A DNA stretch of 64,000 nucleotides from a bacterium (GTDB lineage Bacteria > Patescibacteriota > Dojkabacteria > B142 > OLB20), in contig JAJTYI010000009.1 in the NCBI GenBank assembly GCA_021463645.1, positions 93,343 to 157,342 of the forward strand. Reading direction: 5' to 3'. The first letter of the stretch is position 1. Each line of letters starts with the position of its first letter. Shown here in pieces: positions 57,971-64,000 of the stretch. The notes beneath the pieces were generated by a model that saw only the letters and a program-made list of their open reading frames with translations, did no database searches and had not been told where the DNA came from. The translations under genes and the position numbers were made by a program.

Positions 57971-58381
57971 TTATCTCGTTAATGTTATCCTTTCTCCATC
58001 CAAATTTGGAGCATATATAGTCAACTGTCCTGCAGGAGAGTTGTAACAAATATTGTAATACGGGGAGTCTCCACCTTTTGGATCAGTTGGATATTCAGCC
58101 ATATATCCATTCTCTAATAACTTGGGAGCGATATCTAACGATGGAAAGGGTACGCCATTCGTAAAATCAGGCTTTCCGCCTGCGCATACAGGGAGGGGCA
58201 TTCCACCAGAATAGGTCAATGAATCCGATACACCCTCTTCTTGTATCATATACATATTAATTGAAGACATGATTTGAGACATTTCTGATGTCCTTTCGGA
58301 ATTTCTTGCCGCTTCAAAATTTGAAGAGGGGTTTAAAGTAAATACGAAGAAGGAAAAGATTAATGTTAATAGTCCAAACAT
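57971..58381 (-). CDS. Pilin paralog lacking the prepilin leader / G-FTLIE cleavage motif
   Basis: LNPSSNFEAARNSERTSEMSQIMSSINMYM aligns with LNPTASFAKARDSERQTEMAQIFTAINRYV of the major pilin, and YPTDPKGG aligns with MPTDPTAG. The N-terminus is just MFGLLTLIFSFFVFT, and no upstream in-frame extension supplies the motif. Confidence 0.65.
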   Translation of the reverse strand: MFGLLTLIFSFFVFTLNPSSNFEAARNSERTSEMSQIMSSINMYMIQEEGVSDSLTYSGGMPLPVCAGGKPDFTNGVPFPSLDIAPKLLENGYMAEYPTDPKGGDSPYYNICYNSPAGQLTIYAPNLDGERITLTR

Positions 58382-58430
58382 GCTGATAAATATTAATATA
58401 ATATAACTTATCGTTTTTATTAATTTAAAG

Positions 58431-58460
58431 CAAAAAAAGAGGAGCCGAAGCTCCTCTTTC
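58431..58460 (-). terminator. Intrinsic terminator after the major pilin gene
   Basis: On the minus strand: AGAGGAGC-ttcg-GCTCCTCT followed by a 7-nt U-run. Confidence 0.8.
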
Positions 58461-58476
58461 TAATTTTCACTTTTAG

Positions 58477-58920
58477 TTATCTAACCATCGATATTCTAGC
58501 AGTCGAAGTCTCCTTGGCAGGAGCAATAAGTCTCATTGGTCCTGCGGTTCCAGATACATAACAAACCTTATATTGTGCACCTGCTGTAGGATCTGTAGGC
58601 ATTGCCTGTAAGTATCCACCAGTTGTAAGGGTTGTTGCAAATGCTGCTGGGAAATCAGGATTTCCTGTCCATTCAGGAGCTGTTCCCAAACATACATCTA
58701 TTCCCGTGATTCCATCTGCTGAGTTACCATCCACTACATATCTGTTTATTGCTGTAAATATCTGAGCCATTTCTGTTTGTCTTTCTGAATCCCTCGCCTT
58801 TGCGAAACTGGCGGTTGGATTTAATGCAATAATCGTAACGGCTGCCAAAATAGCAATCAAACCGATTACAATCAAAATTTCAATTAATGTAAAACCTTTT
58901 AGGTCTGTAACTTTTCTCAT
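58477..58920 (-). CDS. pilA: Major type IV pilin
   Basis: MRKVTDLKG|FTLIEILIVIGLIAILAAV class III signal with Glu5. 147 aa with its own promoter and terminator. First gene of the cluster. Confidence 0.9.
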   Translation of the reverse strand: MRKVTDLKGFTLIEILIVIGLIAILAAVTIIALNPTASFAKARDSERQTEMAQIFTAINRYVVDGNSADGITGIDVCLGTAPEWTGNPDFPAAFATTLTTGGYLQAMPTDPTAGAQYKVCYVSGTAGPMRLIAPAKETSTARISMVR

Positions 58921-58962
58921 TTAAATAATAAATAAAAATTAAATAAAAACTTACTTAAGAAT

Positions 58963-58991
58963 ATGTTAGGAACATATCAATCACATGTCAA
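58963..58991 (-). promoter_or_regulatory. Putative sigma-70-type promoter of the major pilin gene
   Basis: On the minus strand, TTGACA (58991-58986), a 17-nt spacer, then TAACAT (58968-58963). Confidence 0.4.
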
Positions 58992-59058
58992 GGATTTTTT
59001 ATAATTTGTTAATTAATCATATCTATCTTAAAATCATAACTACATTTATTAATGCGCT

Positions 59059-60825
59059 ATGCCAAACATTTTAAAAATAATTAAACTCTCCAAACCCCTC
59101 CACGGTGTGATTCTTAGTATGTCTTTCCTAATTGTCTTTGGTGTATTTCTTGATTTACTCACACCTTTTGTCTCAAAGTTCATAATTGACGAAATTGTTT
59201 TGAAAATACAGGGCGAAGTAGCAGATACCGATAAAATTATCTTTTTGATTGTATTTGGTTTCGTACTTTCTCTCACGAAAAACGCATTAGACGCTTATAG
59301 TAGTAGAAAAGGTGATCACTTAGCCGGGGAACTTGAAAAATTCTTAACAAACAAATTCTATTATCAGATATTAACTTTGCCTCAAACATACTTTGATTCG
59401 GAATTGTCTGGGAAAATTATCAACCAACTAGGTAGGGGTATTAAGTCCATCAAAAATTTCTTTAACACAGCAACAAATTTCATAATTCCCTCGATTCTGC
59501 AAAGCATTTTTATAATAATCACTCTCGCTTATTATAGTGTTCCAATCGCTCTACTTACCGCAGGTATTTTCCCAATTTATCTTTACTTAACTTCCATATC
59601 AGCAAAGCGATGGGGTAAAGAAGAAGAGAAGAAAAATAAAATTGAAGATATCACTCGTGGAAGGATTCAGGAAGTAATCACAAATATAAAGGTTGTAAAA
59701 AGTTTTACCAATGAATTACCTGAATCTATTTTTGTTTCCGAGAAAATTAATAAAATTAATAAAATATATGCAAGACAAAGTAAGAATTATCACCTAATTG
59801 ATTTCGCTAGAAACTCGGGAGTGACATTTTTGATGATTGCTATATATTCAATAATCTTTTATATGACTTTTGAGGGTAGATTTAGCATCGGAGTAATGGT
59901 TTTGATTATCCAACTACTTGATCAAGCCAGAAGACCACTCTACGCAATGTCATATATCCTCACTCAAGTTCAAACCGCCGAAGCTGGCTCGAAAGAATTT
60001 ATAGAAATCCTAGATTTACCTCAAGGTGAGGAACTAAAATCAAAGTCATCATACCAAAAAGTAAAAAATCCTCAATTAACATTTGAAAATGTGAGTTTCC
60101 ACTACAAAGATTCGGAAGATGTCTTAAAATCCATTTCAGCCAAACTTGGTCCGGACGAGAAAGTCGCCTTAGTGGGACATAGTGGAGCAGGGAAATCGAC
60201 ACTTGTAAACTTAATATTACGTTTCTACGAACCTCAAAGCGGTGAAATCAAATTAAATGGAGAATTATACAATGAACTTGATCAGCAATTTATACGAAAT
60301 AATGTTGCTTTGGTATTTCAAGAAAACGAACTATTTTCGACAACCATTAAAGAAAATGTGGCATACGGAATAAAAGCAACTAATGAGGAAGTTACAAAAG
60401 CTCTGAAGCAGGCAAATGCTTGGGACTTTGTTGAGAAACTTCCGAAGAAACTTAATGCAGAAGTAGGGGAGAGAGGAGTGAAATTATCAGGAGGTCAGAA
60501 GCAGAGAATACAAATTGCACGCGCAATCCTCAAAAATGCGCCAATTTTGATTCTCGATGAAGCGACTAGTAATCTTGACTCAAAATCTGAAGAAGCCGTT
60601 CAAGATGCACTCGAATATTTAATGAAAGATAAACTCGTGATCATAATCGCTCACAGATTTTCTACAATTCAAAATGTAGACAAAATTATCGTTCTACACA
60701 AAGGTAAAATCGCCGATATGGGAACTCCTGGTGAGCTAGCAAGAAAGGATGGAGTCTATTCAGAATTATTACAATATCAAATCGAAGGGAATAAGAAGCT
60801 GTTAAAGAAATACGAGCTGTATTAA
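59059..60825 (+). CDS. ABC exporter, fused permease/ATPase (MsbA/multidrug type)
   Basis: Six-TM ABC_membrane domain, Walker A GHSGAGKST, signature LSGGQKQR, Walker B ILILDEATS. Confidence 0.9.
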   Translation: MPNILKIIKLSKPLHGVILSMSFLIVFGVFLDLLTPFVSKFIIDEIVLKIQGEVADTDKIIFLIVFGFVLSLTKNALDAYSSRKGDHLAGELEKFLTNKFYYQILTLPQTYFDSELSGKIINQLGRGIKSIKNFFNTATNFIIPSILQSIFIIITLAYYSVPIALLTAGIFPIYLYLTSISAKRWGKEEEKKNKIEDITRGRIQEVITNIKVVKSFTNELPESIFVSEKINKINKIYARQSKNYHLIDFARNSGVTFLMIAIYSIIFYMTFEGRFSIGVMVLIIQLLDQARRPLYAMSYILTQVQTAEAGSKEFIEILDLPQGEELKSKSSYQKVKNPQLTFENVSFHYKDSEDVLKSISAKLGPDEKVALVGHSGAGKSTLVNLILRFYEPQSGEIKLNGELYNELDQQFIRNNVALVFQENELFSTTIKENVAYGIKATNEEVTKALKQANAWDFVEKLPKKLNAEVGERGVKLSGGQKQRIQIARAILKNAPILILDEATSNLDSKSEEAVQDALEYLMKDKLVIIIAHRFSTIQNVDKIIVLHKGKIADMGTPGELARKDGVYSELLQYQIEGNKKLLKKYELY

Positions 60826-60829
60826 TTCC

Positions 60830-61003
60830 TTATATTTGCATGACCTGTTCCTGTGGATTCTTTAAGTACAATCCACTTCCTCCCAATCCGAATAATGGCA
60901 TGTTATGTACTACAGCACCAGTAGCTACTATGAGTTGCACTCTCATTCTTCGTTGTTCCGCAGTTTCGTGTTCCGGACTATCGACTTGTTGTAGATACTC
61001 CAT
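60830..61003 (-). CDS. Hypothetical small protein (57 aa), uncertain
   Basis: ATG at 61003 to TAA at 60830: MEYLQQVDSPEHETAEQRRMRVQLIVATGAVVHNMPLFGLGGSGLYLKNPQEQVMQI. Locally GC-richer than the surrounding spacer. No recognisable RBS or homology. Confidence 0.25.
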   Translation of the reverse strand: MEYLQQVDSPEHETAEQRRMRVQLIVATGAVVHNMPLFGLGGSGLYLKNPQEQVMQI

Positions 61004-61025
61004 AAGAAGAAATTAATAAATAAAA

Positions 61026-61043
61026 AAGAGCCCGTAGGCTCTT
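61026..61043. terminator. Stem-loop AAGAGCC-cgta-GGCTCTT (U-run only on the minus-strand side)
   Basis: 7-bp GC-rich hairpin preceded on the plus strand by an A-run. It could terminate the ABC exporter transcript, or act on the minus strand upstream of the small ORF. Confidence 0.4.
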
Positions 61044-61209
61044 GATTAAATGGTTATAGTAATTATGTCGCTTTTTTCTTCTATAAAGATATGGTTTCAA
61101 ATTATATTTCTCTATAGTTTCTATAAAAACGCAATTAAGTCCAAATAATCACACCAGAAAACACTTTTAATACTATTTTTGGTATCATTAGCTATATTAA
61201 TTTTCCGAA

Positions 61210-61896
61210 ATGAATTTAACCAACAAAACTATATTAATCACAGGTGGAAGTGAAGGACTAGGCTTTGCATTAGCCAAGGAATTACTATCTCAGAAATCAG
61301 AAGTAATAATCTGTGGTCGCAGTAGAGAGAAATTAAACGATGCTTCAAAAAAATTAAATTCTAATAAACTTCGCACCTTTGTTTGTGATGTCTCAGACTA
61401 TAACCAAGTTCAAATGATGGTTAAAAACATTACAAATTTAGATATTCTTATAAATAATGCTGGAATCTTTATGGAGTCACCAATCGAATCTAGCAACCCT
61501 TCTGAAATTTCGAATGTCATTAATGTCAATGTGAAAGGCGTCATCTACGTCACCAAAGCATGTATACCTTTATTAAAAAGACGGAAAGAAAGTTACCTCT
61601 TAAATATCTCGTCTACAAAAGGAATCGAAGGAGAAGAGAACCTAAGTGTTTATTCTGCTAGTAAGTTTGCAGTGCAAGGTTTTACAGAATCTCTTCAACT
61701 TGAGCTGAAAGAAACTAATATAAAAGTATTTGGATTTTACCCAGCGAGTATGGATACTACTTTTCATTTGAAAACAGGAGTCGTCAGGGACAGGTCAAAT
61801 TGGATGACAGTTGAGGAAGTTGCGGAAGTTATTGGCTTTGCTCTTAGTAGGCCTGACCCAATGATGTTTGATAAACTTGTTCTTAGAAATAAATGA
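61210..61896 (+). CDS. Short-chain dehydrogenase/reductase (SDR) family oxidoreductase
   Basis: TGGSEGLG cofactor motif, NNAG, and catalytic YSASKFAV. Confidence 0.88.
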   Translation: MNLTNKTILITGGSEGLGFALAKELLSQKSEVIICGRSREKLNDASKKLNSNKLRTFVCDVSDYNQVQMMVKNITNLDILINNAGIFMESPIESSNPSEISNVINVNVKGVIYVTKACIPLLKRRKESYLLNISSTKGIEGEENLSVYSASKFAVQGFTESLQLELKETNIKVFGFYPASMDTTFHLKTGVVRDRSNWMTVEEVAEVIGFALSRPDPMMFDKLVLRNK

Positions 61897-63233
61897 ACTT
61901 CAACGAAGTCGAAAAATATCTATATTCCAGAATCAAAGATAAAATTGATATCGGGTATAGTGCTGGCTTTAGTCTGGAACGTGTCAAATACACACTTGAA
62001 TTATTAGGTAATCCACAAGAGAAAATCAAAATCATCCATATTGCTGGAACATCTGGCAAAGGTTCAACTGCAAGTTTTATTAGCAAGCTTCTCACAGCAC
62101 ACGGATTTAAAACAGGTCTAACACTCTCACCTCATATACAAGATATTAGAGAAAGATTGCAAATCAATAACGAACTTATTGATAAGAATATCTTCGCGAA
62201 TAATTTCACCTTCTTGCTAACAACTTTTGATAATGTTGAAAAATCCAGCTATGGATCTTTAAGTTACTTCGAGACGATTATATGTCTCGCTTATTACACA
62301 TTTTGGAAAGAGAACGTTGATTATGCTGTTATTGAAACTGGGCTAGGTGGCACATATGATGCTACTAATTGCATTTCCAATCCAGGGAAAGTTTCTGTTA
62401 TTACTAAAATCGGATTTGATCATATGAAAATATTAGGGAATACTCTTTATGAAATAGCTCGGAATAAAGCCGGGATTATAGGAGAGAAACAACACGTCAT
62501 TTATCTTTCACAACTTCATACAAATAAAGTAATCAAAAACAAAATTGAAGAAATGCATTCCAGCGGAGAAGAGATAAAAATCGATGAGTTGATTAAAATA
62601 TACGAAGAAAAATTTGATTTCCACTCAAAAGATTTTGATATATCTGGAATTTCAATTAAAAATACTCCGGAGTATCAAATCGAGAATTTCGTACTCGCAG
62701 TTAAAACTATTAACTATTTATCTTATAGGGATAATTGGAAGACCAGAGAAGATATATTGAGAAAAACATTTGAAGACTTTAATTTCTCGGGTAGATTTGA
62801 GCTTATCGAGTCAGAAGGGGTGAAATATATTTTAGATGGTGCTCACAATAAACAGAAGATGGAAGCATTCGTTTCTAGTTTAAGTAAAAAATACCCTGCC
62901 ACAAAATTTACTATGATTATCGCTTTTAAAGCCGATAAAGATGTGGCTTCAATGTTGGAGATATTATTACCTTATCCTCAAGATATCTATATCACAAGTT
63001 TTAACACAGACAATCAAGATATTTCCCACAAATCTTTCCCTGCAAATGATATCAAGGTCCTGCTTCAATCTCGAAACTTTAGCGGAAATGTGAAATTCGA
63101 ACCAGGAATCAACAATATAATAAAAGAACTGAAATTAATATATTCCAACCCAAATATACCGATTGTAGTGACAGGCTCACTTTATCTAGTAAGTGAATTT
63201 AAGAAACACTTACTTAATAAACACCAGCAATGA
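61893..63233 (+). CDS. folC: Folylpolyglutamate synthase / dihydrofolate synthase (Mur ligase family)
   Basis: IIHIAGTSGKGSTASF P-loop, ETGLGGTYDATN, DGAHN. Confidence 0.85.
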   Translation: MNFNEVEKYLYSRIKDKIDIGYSAGFSLERVKYTLELLGNPQEKIKIIHIAGTSGKGSTASFISKLLTAHGFKTGLTLSPHIQDIRERLQINNELIDKNIFANNFTFLLTTFDNVEKSSYGSLSYFETIICLAYYTFWKENVDYAVIETGLGGTYDATNCISNPGKVSVITKIGFDHMKILGNTLYEIARNKAGIIGEKQHVIYLSQLHTNKVIKNKIEEMHSSGEEIKIDELIKIYEEKFDFHSKDFDISGISIKNTPEYQIENFVLAVKTINYLSYRDNWKTREDILRKTFEDFNFSGRFELIESEGVKYILDGAHNKQKMEAFVSSLSKKYPATKFTMIIAFKADKDVASMLEILLPYPQDIYITSFNTDNQDISHKSFPANDIKVLLQSRNFSGNVKFEPGINNIIKELKLIYSNPNIPIVVTGSLYLVSEFKKHLLNKHQQ

Positions 63234-63588
63234 GAAACTTGGCGTTATTCATCATAACTGCGTCACCAATAGTTTTCCCTATGAGTTCTATATAGTTTTT
63301 AGCATCGACAAAGAACACTTCGCCCACTTTAGTTGAGAGAAGTTGAACACGAGAACCAATGCTTACAATCATCTGTTTGTGCAGATTTCTATTTAGAAGT
63401 TGTTTTTGGACTTTAAGGAATGTGATGTTTTGTTTTTTCTTTGAAGCTTTAACTAAAAGTAATAAGTACTTTGAATTTTGAAGTGAGCGTTTTTCGATTT
63501 TCAGTTTTTTCTCAATAATTTTGAGTGAACTTGTTTCTGATTTAATAAGAGTATTAATTTCTTGCACAATCTTTCTTGTATAGGGCAT
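63214..63588 (-). CDS. Hypothetical protein (weak GreA/GreB C-terminal-domain-like)
   Basis: I prefer the ATG at 63588 (MPYTRK...) over the TTG at 63615. A coiled-coil-like N-half is followed by SIGSRVQLL...LIGKTIGDAV, reminiscent of the GreA C-terminal domain. The GDLSENAEY motif is absent. Confidence 0.35.
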   Translation of the reverse strand: MPYTRKIVQEINTLIKSETSSLKIIEKKLKIEKRSLQNSKYLLLLVKASKKKQNITFLKVQKQLLNRNLHKQMIVSIGSRVQLLSTKVGEVFFVDAKNYIELIGKTIGDAVMMNNAKFLIAGVY

Positions 63589-63707
63589 TTCTAAATAATT
63601 AAAAATTAGATACAAAATCTAAAACGATTTCGAGGATTTTGGTCACTTAAAATTTAAGTTATTTACAATTTCGTTTATAATTAAGTTATCACTAAACAAT
63701 TTCCGTA

Positions 63708-63863
63708 ATGAAGAAAAAAGAAAAGAATAAATTTAAAGGACCAATGATTGTTTTTGGAATATTTGTGTTTATATCTTTGTTTTGGGGTATAATTCAATTA
63801 ATCTCATTTGTGTTTCTATTGCGTGAGATTCCAGATCTTCTAGATTTATTTTTATTAAAATAG
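63708..63863 (+). CDS. Small (51 aa) single-TM protein upstream of a P-type ATPase
   Basis: MKKKEKNKFKGPMIVFGIFVFISLFWGIIQLISFVFLLREIPDLLDLFLLK. It ends 2 nt before the ATPase start. Confidence 0.4.
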   Translation: MKKKEKNKFKGPMIVFGIFVFISLFWGIIQLISFVFLLREIPDLLDLFLLK

Positions 63864-63865
63864 TT

Positions 63866-64000
63866 ATGGTCGATCACGGATTAACTGAAACACAAGCAAC
63901 AACACTGCTTGAAACACACGGTCCAAATGTCATCGAAGAAACAAAAGCAGTTAGTCCTATCAAAATATTCCTTGCACAGTTAACAAGCCCACTAATTTTT
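63866..64000 (+). CDS. Cation-transporting P-type ATPase, N-terminal fragment (continues beyond the window)
   Basis: MVDHGLTETQATTLLETHGPNVIEETKAVSPIKIFLAQLTSPLIF matches the Cation_ATPase_N pattern (GLTxxEAxxRLxxxGPNxLxxxK...F..QF..PLI). Confidence 0.75.
   Translation, partial: MVDHGLTETQATTLLETHGPNVIEETKAVSPIKIFLAQLTSPLIF

Noticed and set aside
59049-59276. A 75-aa minus-strand ORF overlapping the 5' end of the ABC exporter gene. 61883..62095 overlaps folC in the same way.
   Set aside because: These are antisense to strongly supported CDSs, with no motif support.

Overview
This is an AT-rich, tightly packed bacterial chromosome segment. It uses the standard genetic code: TAA, TAG and TGA all occur as stops, and no in-frame TGA breaks a long ORF. 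The gene content suggests a small-genome, monoderm, CPR/Patescibacteria-like organism, but that placement is my inference. Left to right the window contains: (1) the 3' end of uvrA. (2) A co-directional minus-strand array (676-11817) of five to six membrane-anchored or secreted proteins. Each has a different ectodomain (DUF1565-type beta-helix, GH55-like double beta-helix, FG-GAP/VCBS propeller, two unknown). All share a Pro/Thr linker and a ~79-aa four-cysteine dockerin-like C-terminal module that is conserved even at nucleotide level. (3) A UDP-GlcNAc operon (glmS, glmM, LbH acetyltransferase, GalU-like uridylyltransferase) behind a glmS ribozyme. (4) Housekeeping and stress genes: rpmB, class II photolyase, Nudix, bcp, HIT, mscL, an RRM protein, a P1B ATPase and two ArsR modules. 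(5) A canonical tRNA-Gln(UUG) flanked by two aberrant tRNA-Gln-like copies and GC-rich hairpins. (6) glyQS behind a compact GGC-specifier T-box, then htrA and a GldA/F/G-like ABC system, followed by an ArsR-trxA-hisS unit. (7) A five-gene carotenoid cluster in the order crtD-lyeJ-cruF-crtI-crtB, which is the composition of C50 (bacterioruberin-type) pathways. (8) rnj and nth. (9) A ~15.4 kb secretin-less type IV pilus operon: major pilin, truncated pilin paralog, pilB, pilC, and minor pilins carrying LamG and plant-type LRR ectodomains. It ends in a 2319-aa protein that fuses a receiver-like domain, two TM helices, five LamG repeats and a CSLREA beta-helix. (10) An ABC exporter, an SDR, folC, and the start of a P-type ATPase. 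I saw no CRISPR array, transposase or integrase. The best candidates for undescribed biology are the dockerin-like array and the lectin-decorated pilus operon with its receiver-anchored giant protein.
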